Below are positions 48,268 to 57,791 of a DNA stretch of 64,000 bases, piece by piece; position 1 is the stretch's first letter, and every line of letters starts with the position of its first letter. Made by a program: the position numbers and the translations under genes. The stretch comes from a bacterium (lineage in GTDB: Bacteria > Electryoneota > Electryoneia > Electryoneales > Electryoneaceae): assembly GCA_963675295.2 (NCBI GenBank), contig CAXXKJ010000002.1, forward strand, positions 1,920,001-1,984,000, in the 5' to 3' direction. The notes beneath the pieces were generated by a model. The model made no database searches and was not told the origin of the DNA. It saw only the letters and a program-made list of their open reading frames with translations.

Positions 48268-49884
48268 CTACTCCGTCTCGAGAATTCTGCTGCGCAACCG
48301 CCGCATCGCTTCGCGCAGGGACGGGTCGAGCAGCACAATATCCCGCGCGCCGTGTTTCAGCCAGTGGGTGACACGTGCGTGTTCGACACCGCGCACGAGC
48401 ACAATCACGTGGCCACGGTTGCGTTGTGTCCATTCGGCGGCACGTGCGAGCAGCGCGTCGATCTCGACCTCGAAGCTGGAGGCGTCGAGCAGAATCCAGC
48501 GCGGCTTACGTTTGTCGAGCGCCGGGACCAATCCTTCGAGGCGTTTGAAGTGGGAGAAGCGGATGCCGTGTTCATGCAGGAACGCTAGCCCGAGCCTGTA
48601 GCGGATGCGTGCGTCCTGGGTGACGAGGAAGATGCCCTCGCCCTTGCCGAACGCGTCAGAGTTCATCGCCCAACGGACGCGCTCGAGGACATCTTCTTCC
48701 GGCAGGTCGCGAGCGATCAGGTCGAATGCGCCGTAGTCAACGTGGTCGAGCATCTCCGGCAGATCATCGTCGCGCTGTTCCGTGTCCGACGGGGGTTCGT
48801 TACCCGCGGAACCGAGCACGACGTCGCTCATCTCCCACGGTTGCCCGGTTTCCTCGCTGGTGATCCAGAGGCGTGGAAGCATCCGGTAGCGGCTGACAGA
48901 GCGCAGCAGGCGTTCGACGGTCACCGCCTTGGACCCCCAGAGGTCGGCGTCCGCGACGAACAGGTCGCACGGGTTTTCGCTGACCGTCGTAGACAGTTCT
49001 TCGAGGTCGGCTTCGTGAAGTTGGATCACGCGGCCGATTTGTTCGAGCATCTCCGCCCAGCCGTCGTCGTCGGAGAGCAGGATGATCGGGGGACGGTTGT
49101 CCTCGGGTTGACGTTTGCGGAAGCCGACGTCAGAGGTGACCGTCGAGGTGCGTTTCTGGCTCAGGCCGGCCTCGGTGCGCCAGATCTCCTCGATCGCGGC
49201 GGTGAGTTTCTGCCGGCCGTCAGAGTCGATCTTCTCGAGTTCGGCTTCGAACTCACCGTTGCGAGCGCGAGTGATGCGCAACCGAACCGGCAGCCCTTTG
49301 CCGTTCTTCTCCAGTTTGACCAAGGCCTGGGAAATGCCATACCCGTCCGGGCTATTGAATTCCTCGAGCTCGGCGTCAAAGAAGAAGCGGTTGATCGTCA
49401 TCCGTTTCGGTTTCACATCCCGCCACGACCCGTACCAGACAAACGACAGCGCCGCCGGGTGGTTGGAGGCGAGCACCGCGACATATTCCTTCCGCGACCG
49501 TTGCAGGTCCGCGATTTCGCGCAGCTCGACGCAATCATGCTCGTTGAACTCGACCCGTTCGCCGACCAACGCGCGGAATTCTGCGATTTCTTCCATGCCG
49601 GCGTCAAACGCGGACAGCGAACACTGCAGCGAAACGGTTTCCTCCCAGAACGCCGCCGCCGGTTTCGGCATCAACTGGTCCACGATCAGCAGCAGCTCAT
49701 CGTCCTCTTCGCGCACGTCCATCAGGCTGGTGACATAGCGATCCTCACCCGCTCGGGACAGGTCGATCCGTCCCTTGCGCGCCGGTTCGGAATTAAACCA
49801 GGCAAACTCGGGGGAGACGCTGCCGGTGGCGCGTTTCAGCAACCGGGTCAGGGATGCCTGCAGCTTGGATTTGTCGTTGTTCAT
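48268..49884 (-). CDS. hypothetical signalling protein (YcgR/PilZ-like N-terminus, two degenerate receiver-like domains)
   Basis: 'LLIVDQLMP...LQRSRKEY'; 'IILLSDD...CDLFVAD...GAFDLIAR'; 'IFLVTQD...PRWILLD...GARDIV'. Confidence 0.55.
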   Translation of the reverse strand: MNNDKSKLQASLTRLLKRATGSVSPEFAWFNSEPARKGRIDLSRAGEDRYVTSLMDVREEDDELLLIVDQLMPKPAAAFWEETVSLQCSLSAFDAGMEEIAEFRALVGERVEFNEHDCVELREIADLQRSRKEYVAVLASNHPAALSFVWYGSWRDVKPKRMTINRFFFDAELEEFNSPDGYGISQALVKLEKNGKGLPVRLRITRARNGEFEAELEKIDSDGRQKLTAAIEEIWRTEAGLSQKRTSTVTSDVGFRKRQPEDNRPPIILLSDDDGWAEMLEQIGRVIQLHEADLEELSTTVSENPCDLFVADADLWGSKAVTVERLLRSVSRYRMLPRLWITSEETGQPWEMSDVVLGSAGNEPPSDTEQRDDDLPEMLDHVDYGAFDLIARDLPEEDVLERVRWAMNSDAFGKGEGIFLVTQDARIRYRLGLAFLHEHGIRFSHFKRLEGLVPALDKRKPRWILLDASSFEVEIDALLARAAEWTQRNRGHVIVLVRGVEHARVTHWLKHGARDIVLLDPSLREAMRRLRSRILETE

Positions 49885-50014
49885 GATGCCCGCATGCGTT
49901 GAACGGTTCCGCAGCTGGAATATACGGCGGGTGTGGGGGATTGCGATGGCTGCACGTCAATGGAACCATGCCCGTGAGGGTTTCATGATCATCGATGAGG
50001 GTGTGCGGAGCGGG

Positions 50015-50200
50015 TCAGGCGGTCAGGTCGATGCTGCTCGGGCGTTCGGGGTCGGGGGGACGGTTGCGTGGTTCTTGGTCGAACCCGGGATGATCGTCGG
50101 GATCGCCCTTCTGTTTGCGTTTCTTGTTCTGCCGCTGCTGGGGCGGCTTGTCAAAACGCCGGTCGAATCGAATTGGAGGCAGGGAACCGTCCTTTTCCAT
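50015..50200 (-). CDS. small hydrophilic hypothetical protein
   Basis: 61-aa ORF MEKDGSLPPIRF...SSIDLTA, co-oriented with its neighbours; weak support. Confidence 0.35.
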   Translation of the reverse strand: MEKDGSLPPIRFDRRFDKPPQQRQNKKRKQKGDPDDHPGFDQEPRNRPPDPERPSSIDLTA

Positions 50201-50297
50201 GGCAATTACCGGAGTTGTGGTTGAAGCTGCTACCGGCAAGCTACGCAGGGCGATGTAGTAAAACAAGAAGCGAGGCTAAGAATTTTGGATTCGTAGC

Positions 50298-51065
50298 TCA
50301 GATGATGGTGAAGCTGCTCTCCGGCAACCAGCCCTGGCGGCCGTCGGCGAGACGGATTTCCGCCCAGCCGTTCAGCTCCTGCACGATTTCGACCTTTGTT
50401 CCTTCATGCAGCGCGAACATCTCCTTCGAGCTGCGGTCGGGACCGCTGAACGCATCCACCTTGTCGACCATGATGATCGCGGCGTCCGCGCCGGCATCCT
50501 CCGATGCGCGCAGCCCGAGCAGGCCGAGGTTGAGCGCGAATACGACCGCCAGCACCCAGCTCAGGTTGCGGAAGGTCGCGTAAGATCGTGCGTGGCGCAT
50601 GTTGAAAGCGAGGGCGACGCTGATCGCGAGCAGCAGGCTGAAGATCCATGCACCGTAAGCGATGACGGACGGATGCATCGAGTCGCGCAACGCCTCGAGC
50701 CATTTCCAGATGAACAGGCGGGGTGGGGCGTCAACGCGGTCGACCGCACGTTGCCTGGCCAGTTCAAGGTTATGTCGGACATCACGGTTGTGCGGCATCA
50801 GTTTCGCAGCGCGTTCGTACATCAGGATGGATTCGCCGAGTCGTCCAGATTTGTAGTAGGCGTTGCCAAGGTTATAGAGCAATGGTCCGCTGCTGTAACC
50901 GGTGTCGAGCACGTTGAGATAGAGGGTCACTGCCTGGTCGAAATCGCCGTTTTGATAAGCGCTGTCAGCTTCTTTGGCGACATCACGGAGTGCGTCCGGC
51001 ACGGCCAGGGAGAGGGCCGGGAGGATGAAAAGGGCGACCAGAACGAGTGTTAAAAAATGTCGCAT
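50298..51065 (-). CDS. batE: BatE-like TPR/SH3 protein
   Basis: Signal; TPR 'LLYNLGNAYYK...YERA..L.P...VRHNL'; two TM segments; SH3-like 'LHEGTKVEI...WAEIRLADGRQGWLP'. Confidence 0.85.
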   Translation of the reverse strand: MRHFLTLVLVALFILPALSLAVPDALRDVAKEADSAYQNGDFDQAVTLYLNVLDTGYSSGPLLYNLGNAYYKSGRLGESILMYERAAKLMPHNRDVRHNLELARQRAVDRVDAPPRLFIWKWLEALRDSMHPSVIAYGAWIFSLLLAISVALAFNMRHARSYATFRNLSWVLAVVFALNLGLLGLRASEDAGADAAIIMVDKVDAFSGPDRSSKEMFALHEGTKVEIVQELNGWAEIRLADGRQGWLPESSFTII

Positions 51066-51096
51066 GAGTTGATGTCCTGATGCTGTCGTGGACCCG

Positions 51097-51304
51097 TTAT
51101 CCGGGGTTATCCACAAGCAATCCACGTCTTTTCCGACAGGATTATCCCCAAAGCAGAATTCTTAGAACTTTATAAAGAATACCCTGAATCTGGTTGTTAT
51201 TTCACCAGTTGCATGTTTAGTTCATGTTACCAAACAGTAAGTGTTTGAGTTGTCCACAGGTTATTCACACCGGCACGTCATTTCTTATTCACCAGTTATC
51301 CACA
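51097..51304. promoter_or_regulatory. DnaA-box cluster with AT-rich core; candidate oriC
   Basis: TTATCCACA at 51107 and 51296, TTATTCACA 51261, TTGTCCACA 51250, TTATCCCCA 51142, TTATTCACC 51285; AT-rich 51151-51240. Confidence 0.7.
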
Positions 51305-51385
51305 TGGCCGAAAACCGGTCTGACAGGCGTTCCACGAAATCCCACCGAAACATCTGCGATGTTTCATGCAACGTGCTGACTCGAT

Positions 51386-53257
51386 TCAAACTTTCACCGG
51401 CTTCAGCTGCCGGTCGACGGTCGTGATCCATTTTTCAGCTCGTTCGATCAGAGTCGCCAGTGTTCCGGCTTCGCTGCCGTGCGGGCTGAACCGTGCCGTA
51501 TCGCAAATGTTGAGGATATCGCCAAGTTCCTGCTGGGACGATTGCGAGATGTCGTTGGCCCCCAGCAGCTCACGCCGTCCACGTTCGTCGAGGGACGCGT
51601 TCGGTACGTTCAACCGTTCGGACAGGTAGCTCAGGATGCCACGCGCGAGAGCGTTGTAGCCTTCGCCAATCTCGCCTTGTCCGTGCAGATCACGCGCTTC
51701 CTTGAGTGCTTTCAACGCCCGTTTCGCGGCCTTGCGTGACCGTACCAGCGACTGCTGGCCAGCCATCGTGTCACGCCGTTTGCAGATGCCATACCCGGCC
51801 ACCGCGATCAGAACCGGCAGCAGGTAGCCCGCCCAGTAACTTCCGCGTTGATGCAGCGGATCGATCTTGCTTTTCAGGCCGGTGGAGGAGTCCATGATCC
51901 AGCGAATATCCTGCCCGACCGATTCAACACGTGCCGGCACGCCTGACCCGTCCACATCATTCGCGCTCCATCCGGATGCGGCGACGACGTCCAATTCACC
52001 GGGATCAGCGCGCAGGGTGCGGTACTGTTTCCGCTCCGGATCGAAGAAGCTCAATTCGACCGGCGGGATCGCCTGTGCCCCGGGACGGCGCGGGATCAGC
52101 AGGTACGAGAACGTTTTCTCACCGCTGATGGTGCCGTTCGCCGGCCGTTTGTGAATGTCCACTTCGGGATCATACAGTTCGATGTCCGGCGGGACACGCA
52201 CTTCCGGCGCGGGCAGGAAGCCGACATTGCCCTGACCGGAAATCTTCACCGTCAGCATGACGCTTTCGTTGGTCTGCACTGCGTCCGAATCGAGCCGGGC
52301 GTCAAGGCGCCAGTTGCCGACGACGTTCTGGAAGTTGTCCGGCTGGCCGTCGGTTGGCAGCGATTTGACGTTGACGGTGATCGGGTTCGAGCTGACGTTC
52401 ATCTGTTCGACATAGCTGTCGAAGATGCTGTCGAAGAAGCTGCGGCTGCGGCTGCGTCCGCCGACATAATGCACGGTGAGATCCATCGGGCCGATGGTCA
52501 ACTCGCCGGTTCGGGTCGGAAACAGGATCAGCCGGTGAATCACCGCTGCATTGTACAGGTGGCCGTTGATGTTGCGTTCGACAATCCCCGGCGGGCTCGG
52601 CACCTTCCAGTCCTCGGACCAGAAGCCCTCGGTGGACGGCAGCTTCTGCACGTCGTAGGTGCGCACGGACGGCTGGAAGAAGAGGGTGAAGGTGACAACC
52701 ATCGCCTCCTGCAGGTAGGCGGAAGTTGGTTCGATGTCCGCCTGCAGGAAAATCGGATCGAGCTGGCGCTGTCGCACGTTGGATTGTTTCGGCACCATAT
52801 CGCCAGGATCGGGCTGGCTGGACACATCGCCCGGTGCTTCGACGACAATCTTCACCGGGTTCGCCATCTTCTGTTCGCCGCCGTCGGCGACGACCGGCGC
52901 GGGAATCGTAAACTCACCCCGCCGCAATGCGCGCAGGGTGTAGGTCAGCGTCCGGGTCGAGGACATTTTCCCATTGATGAACTGCATGCTGATGTTGCTG
53001 TTCGGCCCGGAGAGGATCTGGAACGCGCTGGGGATGTTGTTGCTCGGTGTCGGCAGCGTGCCGGATCCCTCCACCGTCACCTGGTAAATGAAGCTGTCGC
53101 CCAGTTCGAGACGGGTCGGGGAGGCGGATGCGTGTATCGAGTTCACCTTCGCCTGCGCCGGCGTGGAAGCGAACAGCATGAGCAGCAAAACGGCGGCGGT
53201 CAGTATGAACCGTGCCGTTGTTGCTGGCGTTGTGGATCTGGAGTCGGCCCTCACCAC
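51386..53257 (-). CDS. batD: BatD family protein
   Basis: Signal; 'SMQFINGK..S..T.TY.L.A...GEFTIPA', 'LFPTRTGELTIGP', 'VGNW', 'GEKTFSYLLIP...FFDP'; bat operon context. Confidence 0.88.
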   Translation of the reverse strand: MVRADSRSTTPATTARFILTAAVLLLMLFASTPAQAKVNSIHASASPTRLELGDSFIYQVTVEGSGTLPTPSNNIPSAFQILSGPNSNISMQFINGKMSSTRTLTYTLRALRRGEFTIPAPVVADGGEQKMANPVKIVVEAPGDVSSQPDPGDMVPKQSNVRQRQLDPIFLQADIEPTSAYLQEAMVVTFTLFFQPSVRTYDVQKLPSTEGFWSEDWKVPSPPGIVERNINGHLYNAAVIHRLILFPTRTGELTIGPMDLTVHYVGGRSRSRSFFDSIFDSYVEQMNVSSNPITVNVKSLPTDGQPDNFQNVVGNWRLDARLDSDAVQTNESVMLTVKISGQGNVGFLPAPEVRVPPDIELYDPEVDIHKRPANGTISGEKTFSYLLIPRRPGAQAIPPVELSFFDPERKQYRTLRADPGELDVVAASGWSANDVDGSGVPARVESVGQDIRWIMDSSTGLKSKIDPLHQRGSYWAGYLLPVLIAVAGYGICKRRDTMAGQQSLVRSRKAAKRALKALKEARDLHGQGEIGEGYNALARGILSYLSERLNVPNASLDERGRRELLGANDISQSSQQELGDILNICDTARFSPHGSEAGTLATLIERAEKWITTVDRQLKPVKV

Positions 53258-55125
53258 GGTTTCTTGTTCCCCTTGCTTCGCACCGGAACCTGCTGCCGGA
53301 TCACCTGCTTCAGCTGTTCCTTCTCATCCTGCTGCATCTGGTTCAGCAACCGTTCGGCCATCTCCTTGTTGAGGTCGTCGGGCGGCGGCTGCTGCTGCTG
53401 TTGCTGCTGGTCCTCAGGATTCTGCTGTTGATCGGCCTGCGGCTCTTCCTGGCCTTGCTTCTCTTCTTCCTGCTCTTCCTGTTCCTGATCCTGCTGGTCC
53501 TGCTTATCCTGCTGCTCGTCACTGTCCTGCTTCTGCTGATCCTGGTTCTGTTGATCCTGGTTCTGGTCCTGATTCTGATCCTGATTCTGCTGTTGCTGCT
53601 GCTGTTGTTGTTGTTGCTGGCGCAGGGCGAGTTCGAGGTTGATCTTCGCGTCCTCGTCGGTTGGATCTTTCTTCAACGCGTCGATCAGCGCCGGGATCGC
53701 CTGATCGTACTGCTGCGCCTCAGCCAACGTGGTGCCACGATTGTAGTCGGCGCGGGCGAGCAGATCCTCGTCCGATTCCGGGCTCAGGGAACGGAACAAC
53801 GTGTCCGCGCGTCCCGACTCACCCATGCGTGAATACACGCCGCCAAGATTGTACAACAATTCAGGGCGTAAGGTGTCCAGTTCGACACCGGCCCGGAGGT
53901 AGTCCTCCAACGCCTGGTCGAGGTTTTCCTCAATGACTTCCTTGTTGCCCTTTTTGACCAGCTTGTGCGGAATTTCAGCAAGTGCCGGCGCGGCAAGCAG
54001 GGTCAGCATGCCAGCGATCAGAAATACGGCTGTGGTCGTGGCTTTCATGGCTCGGGTACTCGTTTGGGTCTTCGGTTCAGCGTCATCCGGCTTCGGGATA
54101 CCGTTCAGCCCGTGCCCGTTCCTCGGCTTGCGCACGTCGGGCAGCAGGAACTGCACGATAAGCAACAACAGCGCCGCGATCAGGATCGGGGGAAACCGGT
54201 CTTCATGGCCGGAGATCTGCTTTGTCTCGAACTCACCACGCTCCAGCTGGAACAGTTCCTTGTAGAGCTCGTTGAACGCCCCGCTGCCCTCATCGGCGCG
54301 GCGGTATTCTCCGTTGCCGGCGCTGGCGATGTCACGGAGAATCTCTTCATTGAGCCGACTGGTTACAATCTGGCCGTCCTCATCGGTCAGCCAGCCGGTG
54401 CGGGTACCGAGATCGTTGAACACCGGGATCGGGTCGCCTTTTTCACGCGCCATCCCGATGGTGAAGATCTGCACTCCCTGGCTCGCCGCCTTGCGCGCGG
54501 CCTCGACGGCGTCGCCCTCGTGATCCTCACCGTCGGAGACGAGCACGATCACCTTCGCCCGATCCTGATCGTCGGTGAACACCTTCAGCGACGTTTCAAT
54601 CGCATCGCCGAGCGCCGTGCCGGGGTTCGGGATCAGGTCCGCGTCGAGCAGTTCAACGAACATCTTCGCGGCGGCATAATCAAGAGTCAGCGGCAGCAGG
54701 GGGTAGGCGGTGCCGGCGAAGGGGACAATCCCGACGCGGTCGCCCTTCATCCCTTCGATGAAGCGCGCGAGTTCGTACCGCGCCTTGCCGATTCGGCTCG
54801 GACGGATGTCCTGGCTGTCCATCGAGCGGGAAACGTCCACCGCGAGCACGATGTCGATGCCTTCGCGGACAACATCCTCGTATCGTGTGCCGACCCGTGG
54901 GTTGGCGATTCCGACTACCAGCAGCAGCATCGCGACGATGAACAGCAGACGCTTGGCGCGTACCAGCGCGACGCTGTGTCCCGGCGAGATCCGTGGCCAC
55001 AGGGAGAGGCTGGCGAAACGCCGGGCGCTCTTGCGGTCACGATTGCGCAGGATCAGTTCCAGAATGAACAGCACCACCGGCACGATCAGTACCAGCAGGA
55101 ACCAGGCTTTTCCCCAAAGGATCAT
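53251..55125 (-). CDS. BatB (VWA)-BatC (TPR, Q-rich) fusion
   Basis: DVSRSM MIDAS motif, DRVGIVPFAG, SDGED; then TPRs, a Q/D-rich tract and a 'KKPW' end typical of BatC. Confidence 0.85.
   Translation of the reverse strand: MILWGKAWFLLVLIVPVVLFILELILRNRDRKSARRFASLSLWPRISPGHSVALVRAKRLLFIVAMLLLVVGIANPRVGTRYEDVVREGIDIVLAVDVSRSMDSQDIRPSRIGKARYELARFIEGMKGDRVGIVPFAGTAYPLLPLTLDYAAAKMFVELLDADLIPNPGTALGDAIETSLKVFTDDQDRAKVIVLVSDGEDHEGDAVEAARKAASQGVQIFTIGMAREKGDPIPVFNDLGTRTGWLTDEDGQIVTSRLNEEILRDIASAGNGEYRRADEGSGAFNELYKELFQLERGEFETKQISGHEDRFPPILIAALLLLIVQFLLPDVRKPRNGHGLNGIPKPDDAEPKTQTSTRAMKATTTAVFLIAGMLTLLAAPALAEIPHKLVKKGNKEVIEENLDQALEDYLRAGVELDTLRPELLYNLGGVYSRMGESGRADTLFRSLSPESDEDLLARADYNRGTTLAEAQQYDQAIPALIDALKKDPTDEDAKINLELALRQQQQQQQQQQQNQDQNQDQNQDQQNQDQQKQDSDEQQDKQDQQDQEQEEQEEEKQGQEEPQADQQQNPEDQQQQQQQPPPDDLNKEMAERLLNQMQQDEKEQLKQVIRQQVPVRSKGNKKPW
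53388..53618 (-). repeat. low-complexity Gln/Asp-rich coding tract
   Basis: (ctg/ttg)n on the + strand, encoding QQQQ...NQDQNQDQ. Confidence 0.8.
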
Positions 55126-55140
55126 GGTTGCTTCTACAGT

Positions 55141-56241
55141 TTACCGGTCCGGAAAGATTCTCATCGGTTCCGACAGCCGGTCGTCATCATCGAACTTGCT
55201 CTGGATGTAGAGGATTCCACGGTCGCCCGCCATCCAGCGCCGTCCCCGCCAGTCCAGTGCGACGGAGCGCGGTGTGTCGTTATGCGGCAGATCGACCCGT
55301 TTCAGCCGGTCGCCGCTGATGCTCATCGTCCACAAGTCGCCGCCGTTGTGGCGGTCATCGCTCAGCACGAACAACGTCCAGCCGAGCCGTTTAATCGCGA
55401 CAAAATCATCACGCGTCTGTCGCGGGTTATCATACCAGCTCTGCCCGCCCGTGGTCGTCCAGAGGAAAGTGCCGTCATCCCCGACAGCCCAGCCGCGATC
55501 GCGGTCATAAAACGTAATGTCGCGCAGGATGTCGTTCTGGTAAACCGGTGTCCGCACCTTCCGAAATGAAAACGCGTCATCGCTGCTGACATACATCGCC
55601 GAGTCCGCCGCGACGAACACCGAGCGGTCGCCGACACTGAACGGATTGCGCACCGCGACGGTATTGATAGCGCTTGAAGCGTCAATCTGCACTTCGCGCC
55701 AACCTCGTGCCGGCGGCTGAAACGCGATGATATGCGGCTCCACGCGGGTACCGTACCGTTCCTCACCCACCGCGACAATCGCGTAGGTGTTCCAAGTGTA
55801 GGAACCGCCTTCGGCCTTCGCGATTGGAAGCGCGGCGACGTCATTAATTGTAATTGCTGGACCACCGTGATATACCGGCGCCCAATCCAGTTGTTCCTCG
55901 AGATAGACGCGGATTTCGCCGTCCGGGCCGACCAGGAACAGTGGCAGTTTGTCGCCGTCGCGAATCAGTTTCCACTCACCGCCAAGCTTCTCGTGACGGA
56001 TCCAGCGTTGCGCCTGATCCGTGCGGTACAGAATCCCACTCTCCGGCGAATACAGCCAGCCGGTTCCGTCCCCAGAAAACTCAATCGTACTCAGGTCACG
56101 CCACGCCGGCGGATCAACCCGTTTCCACTCGTTGTAGCCCTCGCTGTCTTTCGCCACGGCGGATGCCGCGCCGAGCAGCAGCAGGGCGACGATGAGTGTT
56201 GTCCGGATGGTTACCACGCGACGGTTCGTCATCACGATCAC
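55141..56241 (-). CDS. exported YCF48/BNR-like beta-propeller protein
   Basis: Signal; 'LRDITFYDRDRGWAVGDDGTFLWTTTGGQSW'; 'WMAGDRG'. Confidence 0.65.
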   Translation of the reverse strand: MIVMTNRRVVTIRTTLIVALLLLGAASAVAKDSEGYNEWKRVDPPAWRDLSTIEFSGDGTGWLYSPESGILYRTDQAQRWIRHEKLGGEWKLIRDGDKLPLFLVGPDGEIRVYLEEQLDWAPVYHGGPAITINDVAALPIAKAEGGSYTWNTYAIVAVGEERYGTRVEPHIIAFQPPARGWREVQIDASSAINTVAVRNPFSVGDRSVFVAADSAMYVSSDDAFSFRKVRTPVYQNDILRDITFYDRDRGWAVGDDGTFLWTTTGGQSWYDNPRQTRDDFVAIKRLGWTLFVLSDDRHNGGDLWTMSISGDRLKRVDLPHNDTPRSVALDWRGRRWMAGDRGILYIQSKFDDDDRLSEPMRIFPDR

Positions 56242-57788
56242 TTCGGTTGATTCTGTTTCTTCGCCGGGTCTTTCTTCGGCTTGTCTGTCTGCTTCGCCGG
56301 AATCTTCTCCGGCTCCTCGGTCTTCTTAACCGGTTCCGGGTCCGGTTTCGGCTTGTCTGTCTGTCTCGCCGGAATTTTTTCCGGTTCGTCTGTCTTTTTC
56401 ACCGGGTCCGGTTTTGGCTCAACCGGCTTCCGCCCAGGTGTCTGCTGCGGCTGAACCGGGTTCTGCACCGGTTCCTGCCTCGGATCGACCGGGATGATGT
56501 CCGGCGGCGGATCCGGCTCGGGTTCCGGCAACGGATCGGGATCGAGGTAACGAACCGTCTTGCCTGGTCGCCGCTCCGGTTGCGGATCAGTTCCCCCGAT
56601 TTCCGAGACGGAACCCTGGCGCACCGCAGCTGGCTGCAGAGCCGCCGGTTCCGGCATCGGTTCACGGTAGGAACTCAGCCAGCGTTCCACCAGCGGACTC
56701 GTCTTCAATTGTGCGATATAGCCGTCCTCGCCGCAGATCAGTCGCCCGGCGAAGGTTGTCAACGGCCAGATCCTGCTCGGCAGGAAAATGTACTCGAGCT
56801 CAAGGTCGGTGATCTCGTCGTGGATTCCCGACCGGACGAAGTTGTATTTCCAAATCTGATTCCGGTTTTCCGCGGCGGTGATGAGGAAGCCGTCCGAGAT
56901 GTCGATCACCGGGTCCTGCAAATCATCAAACAGGAGTCTCCAGCCGCGGGTTACGTCATCAGCCCATAGGATTCGGCCTTTCGCCGTGCCCGCCAGAGCA
57001 GTACTACCATTTGATTCAACGCTCAGAATGGAATCTTTCTTAAACGGCATCAGGTAGCAACGCCACGGGTTGAAATCGTCCTCGTGCATCAGCTTGATCG
57101 CTTCGCGCTGCGTGAACAGGACGTGCGTACCCCGCCGGTATTGATCTCGCACCAGGGTGAGGTTCAACACGGGCGTGGAATCGCTGAGCGCGATCCGGCG
57201 CCAGTTCTCTTCCAGCGCTTCCTTGACCAGCAACAGGCTGGTCCATTTGCCATTCTCTTTGATCTCGCCGCCGAGGACGTAATCGTACGGGAAGCCCTCG
57301 CTGCTGTGGCCCATTTCTTCCACACGCCGCATGAGTTCCACCGAATCCCGTGTGCGGAACGCCAGCGCGGTGTGGATGCGCTCGTTTTTGGGTACGACAT
57401 ACACCGACTTCAGGTCCAACGCCCCGCGATTGCTCTGCGAACCGAGCTCCTCGATCAGGATTACCTCTTCATCCGGATCGACCAGCAACGGGACTTCCGA
57501 GTCCGTGTAGAAGAAGTCGCCGGCGATGTGGCCTTCCGTCCACCAGTGGTTGTCCGGCAGGTTGACCCGTGATGGATTCGAGTTGAACGAATACAGCCAC
57601 GAGCTGTCCGAGACGATCACCCAGCGGTTCTCATGCCTGAACATGTCGGTGATGTCGCCGGGAATCTGCAGCGAATTGACATCATAGTCATACCAGTAAT
57701 CCGGCTGGTCCTCGGCCTGGGCCGTCCACGGACAGGCAAGCAGCCAGATCCCCAGCAGAAACAGCATCCAGTATCGATAGGACGTCAT
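56238..57788 (-). CDS. exported hypothetical protein with Pro/Lys-rich repetitive C-terminus
   Basis: Signal peptide; propeller-like middle; duplicated PVKKT(D/E)EPEKIPA(R/K)QTDKPK. Confidence 0.7.
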   Translation of the reverse strand: MTSYRYWMLFLLGIWLLACPWTAQAEDQPDYWYDYDVNSLQIPGDITDMFRHENRWVIVSDSSWLYSFNSNPSRVNLPDNHWWTEGHIAGDFFYTDSEVPLLVDPDEEVILIEELGSQSNRGALDLKSVYVVPKNERIHTALAFRTRDSVELMRRVEEMGHSSEGFPYDYVLGGEIKENGKWTSLLLVKEALEENWRRIALSDSTPVLNLTLVRDQYRRGTHVLFTQREAIKLMHEDDFNPWRCYLMPFKKDSILSVESNGSTALAGTAKGRILWADDVTRGWRLLFDDLQDPVIDISDGFLITAAENRNQIWKYNFVRSGIHDEITDLELEYIFLPSRIWPLTTFAGRLICGEDGYIAQLKTSPLVERWLSSYREPMPEPAALQPAAVRQGSVSEIGGTDPQPERRPGKTVRYLDPDPLPEPEPDPPPDIIPVDPRQEPVQNPVQPQQTPGRKPVEPKPDPVKKTDEPEKIPARQTDKPKPDPEPVKKTEEPEKIPAKQTDKPKKDPAKKQNQPK

Positions 57789-57791
57789 GAT

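Noticed and set aside
51066-51125. N-terminal extension of batE (MDCLWIT...) and ORF 51241-51426
   Set aside because: These translate the DnaA-box region. The ATG at 51065 gives a proper signal peptide.
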